From Ancylobacter novellus (lineage in GTDB: Bacteria; Pseudomonadota; Alphaproteobacteria; Rhizobiales; Xanthobacteraceae), in the NCBI GenBank assembly GCA_003241485.1, contig QFQD01000003.1:47720-111719 (forward strand): a stretch of 64,000 nucleotides of DNA. Direction: 5' to 3'. Shown piece by piece: positions 29,859 to 40,002 of this stretch. Numbering within the stretch: position 1 is the stretch's first letter; every line of letters begins with the position of its first letter. The position numbers and the translations under genes were made by a program. The notes beneath the pieces were generated by a model. It was not told the origin of the DNA and made no database searches. It worked only from the letters and a program-made list of their open reading frames with translations.

Positions 29859-32613
29859 GCCCGCAGCAACCGTCAGCCTGTCGGGTGTCCATCATGCCTA
29901 TGGGAAGGTGATCGCGCTTCGCGATCTCGCGCTTTCGATTGGAACTGGCTGCAAGCTTGCCATAGTCGGTCCTGACGGGGTCGGTAAGTCGACGCTGCTC
30001 GGGCTCATCGCGGGCGTGCGGCGCATTCAGCGCGGCTCAGTGAGCGTGCTGGGCGGCGACATGGCGTCGGCCTCGCACCGCAATGAGGCCGCGCCCCGGA
30101 TCGCCTATATGCCGCAAGGCCTCGGACGCAACCTCTACCCGACCCTCTCAGTGATTGAGAACATAGACTTTTTCGCACGGCTCTACGGCCAGCCGGCGGA
30201 ACGGCGGCGGCGGCGCATTGATGACCTCATGCGGGTCACCGGGCTATTCCCCTTTGCCGACCGGCCGGCTGGAAAACTCTCAGGCGGGATGAAGCAGAAG
30301 CTCGGACTGTGCTGTGCGCTGGTGCATGATCCCGATGTTCTCATCCTCGACGAGCCGACCACGGGCATCGATCCGCTGTCGCGCCGCCAGTTCTGGATGC
30401 TGATCGCGCGTATCCAGGCCGAGCGACCGGCCATGACGGTGATCGCGGCGACAGCCTATATGGAGGAGGCTGGCGAATTTGATCGCATCGTCGCAATGGA
30501 TGATGGGGTGATTATCGCCGACGGCAGCCGGGCAGAGCTTCTCGCCCGTACCGGCTCCGCCACGCTTGAGCAGGCTTATATCGAGCTTCAGCGCCCGGAG
30601 CGGCGTGGTGCCCGCGCAGCACCGTCCGTGCCGCGTCTTGAGCCGGATGGCGGGCCGCCGGCCATCGTGGCCGAAGGCCTCACGATGCGCTTCGGCGATT
30701 TCACCGCAGTCGACCATGTGAGCTTCCGGATCGAACGGGGTGAGATCTTCGGCTTCCTTGGCTCCAATGGCTGCGGCAAGACAACGACTATGAAGATGCT
30801 AACCGGGCTGCTGCCGGCGACGGAAGGACATGCCGAGCTCCTGGGAAAGCCGGTCGACGCGCGTGATATTTCTACCAGGACGCGGATCGGCTACGTCTCG
30901 CAATCTTTTTCGTTGTACGAAGAGCTCTCCGTGCGGGGCAATCTCGAGCTGCACGGGCGACTCTGTGGCATCGGCGGCAAGGAGCTTGTCCAACGCGTCG
31001 AGGACGCTCTCTCTCGCTTCGAGCTCACTGATGTCGCGGAAACCTTGCCGGACGCGTTGCCGTTGGGCATGCGCCAGCGGCTTCAGCTGGCGGCGGCGTG
31101 CCTGCATCGGCCGGATGTCCTCATCCTCGATGAGCCAACTTCAGGCGTCGATCCAGCGGCCCGCGACCGCTTCTGGAGCCTTCTGGTGGAGATGTCGCGA
31201 CGCGACGGGGTCACCATCTTCATATCGACGCACTTCATGAACGAGGCCGAACGCTGCGACCGCATCTCTCTCATGCATGCGGGTCGGGTGCTGGCCGTTG
31301 GCGCGCCACACGACCTTCAGGTCGCGCGCGGCGCGGAGAGCCTCGAAGACGCCTTCGTCTCCTACTTGGAGGACGCGGCTGCGACGGGACCTCACACTGA
31401 GGCCGCCAATGGCGCGGCCCGGTTCGTTGAGCCCGCTGCGTCTGCTCTCGAAGACGGCTCCATCATGCCGCAGAGGCTGCGCCTGGCCTCTGTGAGACGG
31501 ATCTGGACGTTTGCGCGACGCGAGGCGCTGGAGCTCAGCCGAGACCGCATCCGGCTGGCCTTCGCGCTGCTCGGGCCGCTCCTGCTCATGGCTGCCTTCG
31601 GCTACGGGATTTCGTTCGACATCGAGGGCTTGCGCTACGCTGTACTCGATCGCGACCAATCGCTGGAAAGCCGCTCGTTTCTCGACCAGTTCTCGAACTC
31701 CCGGTACTTCATAGAGCAAGCAAGGCTTGACGGTGAGTTCGAGATCGATCAGCGCCTGCGCGCCGGCGAGCTGAAATTTGCCGTCGACATCCCGCCCGGC
31801 TTCGGTCGCGATCTGTTGCAAGGTCGCCGTCCTGAAGTCGGTTTCTGGCTCGACGGCGGCAACACGTTCCCCGCCGAAACCGCCCGCGCCTATATCCTGG
31901 GGACGATTCAGACCTACGCCGGCGAGCTTGCACGCGGCTCGCGCAGCGCCAATGGACCGCCAGCGGAGACGCTGCGGGTCGAGCCCCGGTTTCGCTACAA
32001 TCAGGATTTCCGCAGCGTCTTCGCGATCACCCCCGGCTCGATCATGCTGCTGCTAATCATCTTTCCCGCCATGCTGACAGCCCTCAGCGTCGTCCGGGAG
32101 AAGGAGATGGGCTCGATCGCGAACGTCTATGCGTCTCCCGCGACCGTGAGTGAATATCTGCTCGGCAAGCAGCTCCCTTATGTCGCGATCGGGATCTTGA
32201 GCTATCTCAGCCTTCTTGTCTTCGCCGGCGGTGTCCTGGGCGTCGTGCCGAAAGGCTCAGTGCTGGCGCTCTCCGTGGCAGCCCTCGTCTATGTCTTCGC
32301 CGCCACGGCCTTCGGCCTGCTGGTATCGGCATTCGTTTCGACCCAGGTGGCCGCGATTTTCGGGACCGCCATCCTCACGGCGATGACGGGGGCCCACTAC
32401 TCGGGGTTCTGGATCCCGGCATCCTCGCTCGAGGGCCCCGGGCGCATCATGGGCTTGTCGTTCCCTGCGCTCTGGTTCCAGACGATCAGCCTCGGGGTGT
32501 TCGCCAAGGGGCTCGATACGGCAGCCTTCACGCGCGAGCTCACTGTGCTGGTGGGTTTCGCGCTGGCGTTCCTGCTGCTCGCGAGGCTGTTGATCCGCAA
32601 GCAGGGAGCCTGA
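29848..32613 (+). CDS. rbbA: RbbA-type ABC transporter: two ATPase domains fused to an ABC-2 permease domain
   Basis: Two Walker A motifs (GPDGVGKST; GSNGCGKTT), two LSGGM/LPLGMRQRL signatures and C-terminal ABC-2 TM helices. The ATG at 29848 overlaps the HlyD stop. Confidence 0.85.
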   Translation: MEVEPAATVSLSGVHHAYGKVIALRDLALSIGTGCKLAIVGPDGVGKSTLLGLIAGVRRIQRGSVSVLGGDMASASHRNEAAPRIAYMPQGLGRNLYPTLSVIENIDFFARLYGQPAERRRRRIDDLMRVTGLFPFADRPAGKLSGGMKQKLGLCCALVHDPDVLILDEPTTGIDPLSRRQFWMLIARIQAERPAMTVIAATAYMEEAGEFDRIVAMDDGVIIADGSRAELLARTGSATLEQAYIELQRPERRGARAAPSVPRLEPDGGPPAIVAEGLTMRFGDFTAVDHVSFRIERGEIFGFLGSNGCGKTTTMKMLTGLLPATEGHAELLGKPVDARDISTRTRIGYVSQSFSLYEELSVRGNLELHGRLCGIGGKELVQRVEDALSRFELTDVAETLPDALPLGMRQRLQLAAACLHRPDVLILDEPTSGVDPAARDRFWSLLVEMSRRDGVTIFISTHFMNEAERCDRISLMHAGRVLAVGAPHDLQVARGAESLEDAFVSYLEDAAATGPHTEAANGAARFVEPAASALEDGSIMPQRLRLASVRRIWTFARREALELSRDRIRLAFALLGPLLLMAAFGYGISFDIEGLRYAVLDRDQSLESRSFLDQFSNSRYFIEQARLDGEFEIDQRLRAGELKFAVDIPPGFGRDLLQGRRPEVGFWLDGGNTFPAETARAYILGTIQTYAGELARGSRSANGPPAETLRVEPRFRYNQDFRSVFAITPGSIMLLLIIFPAMLTALSVVREKEMGSIANVYASPATVSEYLLGKQLPYVAIGILSYLSLLVFAGGVLGVVPKGSVLALSVAALVYVFAATAFGLLVSAFVSTQVAAIFGTAILTAMTGAHYSGFWIPASSLEGPGRIMGLSFPALWFQTISLGVFAKGLDTAAFTRELTVLVGFALAFLLLARLLIRKQGA

Positions 32614-32615
32614 CG

Positions 32616-33743
32616 ATGCGACGGTGGATGGAGAACGCCTTCCGTCTCGGCATCAAGGAGTTCGCGAGCCTGTCGCGCGACGTCGTGATGGTGGTGCTCA
32701 TCGCTTACGTCTTCACCTTTGCTGTCTATTCCGAGGCGACAGCCATGCGGACGGACGTCAATGATGCGAAGGTGGCCGTCATCGATGGTGATCGCTCGGC
32801 CCTATCGAGTCGGATTAAGGACGCGCTGCGGCCACCCTATTTTCGCCCACCGGCCGACATCGATCGCTCTAGCCTCGATGGCCTGATGGACAAGGGCGCC
32901 TTCGCCTTTATTCTGGATATCCCGCCTGGGTTGGAAGCCGACTTCCTGGCCGGTCGCAGCCCTGTCATCCAGCTCAATGTCGACGCGACCAGCATTTCTC
33001 TGGCCGGGGTCGGCACGGCCTATATTCGGGAGATAGTCGCACAGGAGACAACGAGTTTCCTCAAGCAAGCCCCTGCCGCAACGCTCGCTCCGGTCAACGC
33101 CGTGATCCGCGCCCTGTTCAACCCGAATCTCGAAGCGATCAGCTTCACGGCGAGCATGGGCGTCATCAACAACGTCACCATCCTCGCCATTATTCTGGTC
33201 GGGGCCGCGGTGATGCGCGAAAGAGAGCATGGCACGATTGAGCATCTTCTCGTGATGCCAGTGAGCGCCAGCGAGATCATCGCCGGAAAGATCTGGGCGA
33301 ACGGGCTCGTCATCCTTCTGGCGGCCGCCTTCTCGCTTCATGTCGTGGTCGAAGTCGTTCTAGGTACATCGATCGTCGGCTCGATCGAACTGTTTCTCGC
33401 GGGGGCAGCAATCTATCTCTTCGCCGTGACGTCGCTCGGCATTCTGCTCGCCACGGTCGCGAATTCCATGCCGCAATTTGCGCTCCTTTCCATCCCGGTA
33501 TTTGTCTTGATGTTCCTGCTGTCCGGCTCCTTCACGCCATTCGAGAGCATGCCGCAATCGCTTCAGGTGATCATGGACCTCTCGCCGTCCACGCATTTCG
33601 TGCGCTTTGCGCAAGCGGTGCTCTACCGTGGCGCAGGCATCGATGTGGTTTGGCGCGACCTTCTTATCATGGCCGGCCTCGGCGCGGCCTTCGTTGCGAT
33701 TGCGCTCTATCGCTTCAAGGCCATGCTGACGCGCCAGTCGTGA
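32616..33743 (+). CDS. ABC-2 type transporter permease (YhhJ-like)
   Basis: 375 aa with one N-terminal TM helix, a periplasmic loop and 5 C-terminal TM helices. It starts 2 nt after the rbbA stop. Confidence 0.85.
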   Translation: MRRWMENAFRLGIKEFASLSRDVVMVVLIAYVFTFAVYSEATAMRTDVNDAKVAVIDGDRSALSSRIKDALRPPYFRPPADIDRSSLDGLMDKGAFAFILDIPPGLEADFLAGRSPVIQLNVDATSISLAGVGTAYIREIVAQETTSFLKQAPAATLAPVNAVIRALFNPNLEAISFTASMGVINNVTILAIILVGAAVMREREHGTIEHLLVMPVSASEIIAGKIWANGLVILLAAAFSLHVVVEVVLGTSIVGSIELFLAGAAIYLFAVTSLGILLATVANSMPQFALLSIPVFVLMFLLSGSFTPFESMPQSLQVIMDLSPSTHFVRFAQAVLYRGAGIDVVWRDLLIMAGLGAAFVAIALYRFKAMLTRQS

Positions 33744-34005
33744 AGCATGGCCATAGGTAGCATCGCTGCGTGCCAATGTGAGGCGTCCGCAAAGGCAAGT
33801 CGCGACATCACAGGGATTGGGCTGTTGCCCGCCGCGCAGACATCCCGTCGCTCGAAGCCTTCAATACGCGCGAGCGAAGATCTTCGCTGAGCGCTCGTGT
33901 CATCGTCCACCTCATCAATGTGGACGATGAATCAGTCATCCGGAACACTGAGTCTGGAGGAGGCATCGCGTGTAAAAACGATGCGCGCCCTAAGGATGCC
34001 GGTCC

Positions 34006-34019
34006 TTAATCGAGATTAA
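34006..34019. promoter_or_regulatory. Fnr/FixK-like dyad variant TTAAT-CGAG-ATTAA (followed by AG)
   Basis: Intergenic, centre about 132 nt upstream of the small Cys/His-rich ORF and the CopB-like ATPase. Confidence 0.4.
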
Positions 34020-34144
34020 AGATGCCTGACCAGACCATCGGCTAACTTTAGACAATCACGAAGTGGGAGGGCATGAGCGGCATGAGGCGAAAGCGCCCTG
34101 CATGTAACCCTCTATCGTCATGCCCCCAAGCAGGAGCCATCGGA

Positions 34145-34387
34145 ATGACCACCACCTCTGTCGACCGGACCAAGACGACCCACGAGCATTCGGTTCCGAA
34201 TGCCTCATCCTGTTGCGGGGGCCATGCTGGCGCAGAAGCCACGGAGAAAACGAATGCTCATGGCTCCTGCGGAAATCACGAAAGTGCGGCGGCGCCCGAC
34301 ACGGCCGTGCCCACGAGCGATCAAGACCATTCGGTCTCCAGCGCCGGTCATCATCCGAAGAAGTCCGGCTGCTGCAGCGGCAGCTGA
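34145..34387 (+). CDS. Small (80 aa) His/Cys-rich, probably metal-binding protein with two CC motifs
   Basis: AGGAG lies 8 nt upstream of the ATG and the third-position GC bias looks like coding sequence. The sequence contains SSCCGGH, HGSCGNH and a C-terminal SGCCSGS, with no hydrophobic segment. I recognise no family. Confidence 0.5.
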   Translation: MTTTSVDRTKTTHEHSVPNASSCCGGHAGAEATEKTNAHGSCGNHESAAAPDTAVPTSDQDHSVSSAGHHPKKSGCCSGS

Positions 34388-34458
34388 CAGCGCGATCCGT
34401 GAAAGAGTGGATGGTTGTAGGCGGGCATCCGCTCCGACTTCGACAGGAGACGACGATT

Positions 34459-36867
34459 GTGACGACCATAACAGTTGACGTGGGGCAATTTTTCGATGTG
34501 CTCGATCCACTCGTGGTCGAAAAGCACCTGCGTCGGTTGCCAGGTGTCACCTCCGTCGCCGTCAACTTCGCATCCGGCACGGCTACGGTCAGTTTTGACG
34601 AAAGACGCATCAGTCTGGAAGCCATCCAGGCCGAGGTGAGCGCTTGCGGCTTCCATTGCCGCGGCGAGGTGGTTCCAAGGCATCAGTGCGTGCCGAACGA
34701 GACGACCGTGCCACCGGCGCATGCGGCAGCGCCGCATCACCATGATGCTGGTTACCCGGGTCACGGGGCGCATCCGGCCGCCGGGACGCAGGACAAAGCG
34801 ATGCCGATCTCCCACGATGCCATGGCCCATGAGATGGGTCATGGCGCGGGAATGGACATGCAGGGCATGGTCCGGGATATGCGCAATCGGTTCTGGGTCG
34901 CGTTGATTTTTTCGGTTCCGATATTTCTGCTGCAGCCGATGGGCATGGATTTCCTGCGCATCGATCCGCCACTCGGTCTCGATCGTGAAATCCTGCTTTT
35001 CGTTCTCGCGAGTGCCGCGATCCTCTATCCGAGCTGGCCCTTCGTCGTCGCGGCGATCCGCGCGCTACGCAACGGCGTGCTCAACATGGCGGTATTGGTG
35101 CTACTCAGTGTTGGCACGGGCTACCTGTTCAGCGTCGGCTCGACTTTTTTCTTCAAGGGCCAGCAGTTTTACGAGGCTGTTGCTGTTCTGCTGGTATTCA
35201 TCCTCCTCGGACATTGGCTTGAGATGCGTGCACGAGCAGGCGCGTCCGAGGCAATCCGTCAGCTCATGGACCTCGCGCCGCCCAAGGCCACAGTGCTCAG
35301 GGGCGGTGCCGAGATCGAGATCCCAACCGCCGAGGTCCTACTCGGCGATACGGTCATTCTGCGTCCCGGCAACAAGATCCCTGTGGACGGCGAGGTTTTC
35401 GAAGGTCGCTCTGACGTCGATGAATCGATGTTGACGGGCGAGTCGATGCCGGTCTCGAAGAAGCTGGGCGACATGGTTATCGGAGCCACCATCAACAAGA
35501 GTGGCAGCTTGCGCTACAAGGCGACGAAGGTGGGCGCCGACACGGCCCTCGCTCAAATCGTAAAGCTTGTCCAGGAAGCGCAGAATTCCAAAGCGCCGGC
35601 GCAGCTTCTCGCCGATCGGGCCTCACAATGGCTCGTGCTCGCGGCGATCCTGATCGGTCTCGTCACCTTCGCGGTTTGGTATTTCTGGATCGGTCAGACC
35701 CTCCTCTTCGCGCTGACGCTGACCATCACCGTCTTTGTCATCGCCTGTCCCGATGCACTCGGACTCGCCACGCCGATGGCGGTAATGGTGGGAACCGGGC
35801 TCGGCGCTATGAACGGCATCCTGTTCAAGAACGCTTCCGCGCTGGAAGATGCGACCAAGCTCGACGTCATCGTTTTCGACAAGACCGGTACACTGACCAT
35901 GGGCCAGCCGCGCGTGGTCGACGTGATCGCGGCAGGCTACGCGTCGCCGGATGAGGTGCTGCGCATCGCGGCCGCCGTCGAGCACGGTTCGGATCATCCC
36001 CTCGCGCTGGCGATCATCGAACGCGCTGAAGGACTCACGGTGCCGGACGCGCAGTCGTTCCTCAATCTCGAGGGGAAAGGCGCTCGCGCAGAGATCGAGG
36101 GTCAAACGACGTTTCTCGGCAACCGCCGGCTCATGGACGAAGAAAAGATCGGCCTTGACGAACTCGCCGATGCGGCAGAGCAGTTGAAGGGCGCCGGCCG
36201 AACCGTGGTTCACGTGGCCCGTGGTGGCCGCCTTCTGGGCCTCGTCGCGATCGCCGACGCGCCGCGCCCGACCGCCCAGGCGACTGTAGCCAAGCTGCGC
36301 GAGGGTGGCGTGCAGGTCGCCATGTTGACCGGCGACAACGCCGGCACAGCGAAGCGAATTGCCGCAACTCTTGGCATCGACATGGTGCTCGCCGATGTAC
36401 TGCCCGGCCAGAAGGCGGCGAAGATTCAGGAGCTGCAGGCTCAAGGCCACAAAGTCGGCATGGTTGGCGACGGCGTCAACGACGCTCCGGCGCTCACGCA
36501 GGCCGACGTGGGGTTCGCCATCGGTGCGGGAACGGACGTCGCCATCGAGAGCGCCGACGTCGTGTTGATGAAGAGCGATCCATACGACATCGTCGGCGCC
36601 ATCGAGCTCTCCCGCGCGACCCTGCGCAAGATGCATCAGAACCTGTGGTGGGCCGTGGCCTACAATGTCATCGCCTTCCCGCTCGCAGCGGGCGTGCTCT
36701 ACCCAATGCTCCTGAGCCCTGAAATCGCCGCTCTCGCCATGTCTGGCAGCTCGGCTCTGGTGGCGATCAACGCACTGATGCTGAAGCGCACAAGGCTGGC
36801 CGGCATCACGCACGGTACCAGAGTCCAAAGCAGTCCGACGGAAACCGCGGTTGAGGCAGCGGCGTGA
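34459..36867 (+). CDS. CopB-like (P1B-3-like) heavy-metal ATPase with a His/Met-rich N-terminus and CPD in place of the CPH/CPC TM6 motif
   Basis: I chose GTG 34459 because AGGAGA lies upstream (ATG 34411 is an alternative). It has a CxxC-less HMA-like fold, then [29 protein letters not shown]. Other motifs: [39 protein letters not shown]. Confidence 0.88.
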   Translation: MTTITVDVGQFFDVLDPLVVEKHLRRLPGVTSVAVNFASGTATVSFDERRISLEAIQAEVSACGFHCRGEVVPRHQCVPNETTVPPAHAAAPHHHDAGYPGHGAHPAAGTQDKAMPISHDAMAHEMGHGAGMDMQGMVRDMRNRFWVALIFSVPIFLLQPMGMDFLRIDPPLGLDREILLFVLASAAILYPSWPFVVAAIRALRNGVLNMAVLVLLSVGTGYLFSVGSTFFFKGQQFYEAVAVLLVFILLGHWLEMRARAGASEAIRQLMDLAPPKATVLRGGAEIEIPTAEVLLGDTVILRPGNKIPVDGEVFEGRSDVDESMLTGESMPVSKKLGDMVIGATINKSGSLRYKATKVGADTALAQIVKLVQEAQNSKAPAQLLADRASQWLVLAAILIGLVTFAVWYFWIGQTLLFALTLTITVFVIACPDALGLATPMAVMVGTGLGAMNGILFKNASALEDATKLDVIVFDKTGTLTMGQPRVVDVIAAGYASPDEVLRIAAAVEHGSDHPLALAIIERAEGLTVPDAQSFLNLEGKGARAEIEGQTTFLGNRRLMDEEKIGLDELADAAEQLKGAGRTVVHVARGGRLLGLVAIADAPRPTAQATVAKLREGGVQVAMLTGDNAGTAKRIAATLGIDMVLADVLPGQKAAKIQELQAQGHKVGMVGDGVNDAPALTQADVGFAIGAGTDVAIESADVVLMKSDPYDIVGAIELSRATLRKMHQNLWWAVAYNVIAFPLAAGVLYPMLLSPEIAALAMSGSSALVAINALMLKRTRLAGITHGTRVQSSPTETAVEAAA

Positions 36868-38114
36868 TCGCGGTGAACGCCTTCCAACCACTGCGATGGT
36901 GGATGATGTTCTCATTGCTGTTGGCAATGTTTACGATTGCCGTGGGCTATGGGTTCCTTCTGCCGATACTTCCGCTTGCGATTGAACGGATCGCAGGAAC
37001 GACGGAGCCTACTGTCCTATCGCGGCATACCGGCATGCTGACCGGAACCTACACCCTCGCGCTGTTTTTGTTCGCACCACTATGGGGCCGCCTTGCCGAT
37101 CGGCATGGTAGCCGCCCCGTGCTGCTCGCGGGACTGATGGGTTTCTCCTTGACGCTGGCTCTGTTTGCGCTCGCCAATGGCCTCCCGCTGCTCTATCTCG
37201 GCCGCTTCCTGAACGGGTTGTTCGCGGCTTCCATTGTGCCCGCAGCCTATGCCCTTGTCGGCGACTATGCTCGCACGAAGGAATGGCGCGCCCGCCGCTT
37301 TGCTCTGCTCAACATTGCCGGTGCCATCGGCTTCCTAGTCGGGCCGATGCTGGGAAGCTTCACCGTCGTCGTCGCCCGCGAACTCTTCCCAAGCTCAGGC
37401 GAGGCCGCAGTTTCCCTTTCACCCTATTTAGCCACATCAGGTTTTTCGCTCCTGGTGGCGCTGGCAGTATGGTTCTTCGTGCCTGACGCCACGGACCGCG
37501 GCATAGATCAGGAAGGAATTGCAAGCGGACCCGCGGGCCGCGCCGCCCTTCCACGCCTCCTTGTCATTTCGTTCGTAACCGCCGCGGCTGTGGGCGCCTT
37601 CGAAGTTGGCCTCTCGCTTCGCGGATTGCAAGTTCTCGACATGAGTACCTATCAGATCGGGCTCATGTTCAGTGTGTGCAGCCTCGTCATGTTGGTCGCC
37701 CAAACGATCGTCTTCTCACCGTTCGTGAAGCCGGAGACCACACGCTGGTTCCTCATGCCCGCTCTCGCTGTCTTGGCAGCGAGCGTCGCGGCCGTGCCGT
37801 TTGCCTCAGCGACCGCGTCCACTGCCTTCGTCGTAGCCGCTATCGCGGCCAGCGCTGGTATCCTCTCCCCCATTGCGACGTACTGGATTTCGCTCAGTGC
37901 CGGGGAAAGGCAAGGAGCGGCATTGGGCCGGCAGACTGCGGCTGCGAGTCTTGGCCAAGCCGCCGGATCGGCCGCCAGCGGTCTGCTGTTTGGAGTTTCC
38001 TTCGTGCCGAACGCGCCTTTCACGCTCGCGGCCCTCGCCGTGCTGGGAGGCTTCGTCGCAAGTCTGGGTATCCCGGACCTACTGGCACGGGTGAACGGTC
38101 CCACCGCTTTTTGA
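36864..38114 (+). CDS. MFS transporter
   Basis: 416 aa with about 12 TM helices and the MFS loop motif [13 protein letters not shown]. The GTG start overlaps the ATPase stop (GTGA at 36864-36867). Confidence 0.8.
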   Translation: MIAVNAFQPLRWWMMFSLLLAMFTIAVGYGFLLPILPLAIERIAGTTEPTVLSRHTGMLTGTYTLALFLFAPLWGRLADRHGSRPVLLAGLMGFSLTLALFALANGLPLLYLGRFLNGLFAASIVPAAYALVGDYARTKEWRARRFALLNIAGAIGFLVGPMLGSFTVVVARELFPSSGEAAVSLSPYLATSGFSLLVALAVWFFVPDATDRGIDQEGIASGPAGRAALPRLLVISFVTAAAVGAFEVGLSLRGLQVLDMSTYQIGLMFSVCSLVMLVAQTIVFSPFVKPETTRWFLMPALAVLAASVAAVPFASATASTAFVVAAIAASAGILSPIATYWISLSAGERQGAALGRQTAAASLGQAAGSAASGLLFGVSFVPNAPFTLAALAVLGGFVASLGIPDLLARVNGPTAF

Positions 38115-38321
38115 AGCGGCGCGCTGACGGATTTCGGCGACTTGAAATCGCGATTCAGCGAGAGAGTAGAAGTGACGAACTGGAGAACCAAAGATGTCCG
38201 ACTGAATTGGATCGCCCCTCCGCTGAACGCCCGTCTACGTCGGCAGGCGGTTACTCTTTCGTAGCGTAATTGCAACGGTCGATACGTCAGCATGCGACAG
38301 ATCTCATGACAGGAAGTTCAG

Positions 38322-39092
38322 ATGGGCAAGAAAGAAAAACGCGAGGATGCCGGCCAAGTACTTCACGAACTCCAGGTGGATTTGGCACGTCTTCAGAAGC
38401 ACCTCATCAAATCCAGCAAGAAGGTTCTCGTGATCTTCGAAGGACGGGACGCTTCCGGAAAGGATGGAACGATAAAACGAATCGTTGAGCATCTCAGCCC
38501 GCGCGAGACGCGCGTGGTCGCGCTGGGCAAGCCGTCCGACCGCGACCAGAAGTCCTGGTATTTCCAACGTTGGGTACCGCACCTGCCGGCAGGCGGGGAA
38601 ATCGTGCTGTTCAACCGCAGTTGGTACAACCGCGCTGGAGTCGAGCGGGTGATGGGGTTCTGCAGCAACGAGGAATATGACGAGTTCCTCATGACGGCCC
38701 CGCTGTTCGAACAGCTGCTCGCCCATTGTGGCGTCACCATTCTCAAATACTACTTGGATATCTCGCGAACTGAACAAAAACGCCGGCTAAGAGATCGACG
38801 GGACGATCCACTCAAGCAGTGGAAGCTGAGCCCCATCGACGACACAGCGATGAAGCACTGGGACGATTATAGCGCAGCGCGGAACGAGATGCTGGCTCGC
38901 ACGCACACGCCATTTGCGCCCTGGACAGTCGTGCGCGCGGATGACAAGTCAGCGGCACGGCTTAATGTCATCCGAGATCTGCTGACGCGCTTCGACTTCG
39001 ACGGTAAGGACCGTGCTCGCGACCTTCCCGACCCCAATGTCGTGTTCCTGTATGACAAGGCGGCGGTTACGAATGGCCTAATCGCGGAGTAA
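38322..39092 (+). CDS. ppk2: Polyphosphate kinase 2
   Basis: VIFEGRDASGKDGTIKRI (Walker A), WYFQRW and FNRSWYNRAGVERVMGF are typical of PPK2. 256 aa. Confidence 0.9.
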   Translation: MGKKEKREDAGQVLHELQVDLARLQKHLIKSSKKVLVIFEGRDASGKDGTIKRIVEHLSPRETRVVALGKPSDRDQKSWYFQRWVPHLPAGGEIVLFNRSWYNRAGVERVMGFCSNEEYDEFLMTAPLFEQLLAHCGVTILKYYLDISRTEQKRRLRDRRDDPLKQWKLSPIDDTAMKHWDDYSAARNEMLARTHTPFAPWTVVRADDKSAARLNVIRDLLTRFDFDGKDRARDLPDPNVVFLYDKAAVTNGLIAE

Positions 39093-39097
39093 TTGTT

Positions 39098-39298
39098 TCA
39101 AAATGGAGCTGCCACCAGGGCGATGCTGCAATGTCCCGCCGCCTCACCGCGAAGGATCGGCAAGGCGGTCTCGAAGGCGGGAGAGCCCTGTTGGGTGAGT
39201 TCGGCTACGGCTTGCGCCATGCCGCGCATCTCGAGGCTGCGCAACATGATGAAGATGCCCCGCTGGCCGGCTGAATCAGATCGACCAAACCAAATCAA
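39098..39298 (-). pseudogene. Possible N-terminal remnant of an IS21-family IstB helper ATPase gene
   Basis: LRSLEMRGMAQAVAELTQQGSPAFETALPIL resembles the IstB N-terminal LKxLxLxGMAxA...PAF segment. No ATPase domain follows. Called from memory only. Confidence 0.35.
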
Positions 39299-39588
39299 TG
39301 GGTCCTGAGTCTAGCGAGGATTCGGCTATTGTGAAGCCGGTTTCGCCCCCCACTGCTATCTCCGCGACACGCCTGCTAAAGCGTGTACTCCATCAATCTG
39401 GTTCTACGAGCGGGGCTCGTTTAATGTACTGATTATGAAGCTTCTCATCGATGCGACGACGTCGGTTGCCATTTGTCCACAATGGTATTCTTGAGGCGCT
39501 CACAGGACGATTTTTCTAAGCCTATGTAGCGACAAGTCACGCCAGCGGCACGTGTGGACCAACTTGGATCGCCGACAGAAAGAAAAGA

Positions 39589-39993
39589 ATGACCGAACGT
39601 CATCCGTCGTCCTCTCATAATCTACCATGGTTTATCACCGATCCTGGTGAAACAGACACTCTCATGGTTGTAATGGGCGTCATTTTGCTTATTTCCACTC
39701 TGACGTTCGGCATCTTGTATTTTAGATTACACTGCTTACCAGAGCGCATCGCGCATAAATCCCGCAAGGTTCAGTTCGAGATTGTCGCCTTGCTAGGTTT
39801 AATTGCCATGTTCACCCATATGCACATTTTTTGGATAGCGGGCCTGTTGCTTGCGCTGATCGATATTCCAGATTTTGAAGGCCCGCTGCGTAGGATCGCG
39901 GGAGCGGTTGAGAAAATCGCCTACAGAAAGCCGGGCAAAGGCACGGCGGCAATACCGTCAGAAACCAACATCGATTTTACCAACGAAGGCTAG
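39589..39993 (+). CDS. Small membrane protein of unknown function (2-3 TM helices) in a locally lower-GC patch
   Basis: 134 aa with hydrophobic segments LMVVMGVILLISTLTFGILYF and IVALLGLIAMF..IFWIAGLLLALI. TAG stop. I cannot place the family with confidence. Confidence 0.55.
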   Translation: MTERHPSSSHNLPWFITDPGETDTLMVVMGVILLISTLTFGILYFRLHCLPERIAHKSRKVQFEIVALLGLIAMFTHMHIFWIAGLLLALIDIPDFEGPLRRIAGAVEKIAYRKPGKGTAAIPSETNIDFTNEG

Positions 39994-40002
39994 GCTCAGG
40001 GC

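Noticed and set aside
33873-33930. Palindrome AGCGAAGA/TCTTCGCT (33873-33888) and an 11-bp-stem hairpin TCATCGTCCAC...GTGGACGATGA (33900-33930), downstream of the ABC-2 permease gene
   Set aside because: These are plausible transcript-end structures. However, neither is followed by a T-tract and they are 130-190 nt from the stop codon. I did not list them as terminators.
34120-34458. The 5' extension of the CopB-like ATPase ORF (915-aa version in the ORF track)
   Set aside because: The extension is Arg/Cys/His-rich with no ATPase or HMA similarity. It overlaps the better-supported small Cys/His-rich ORF in another frame. GTG 34459 (with an AGGAGA RBS) or ATG 34411 are more plausible starts.
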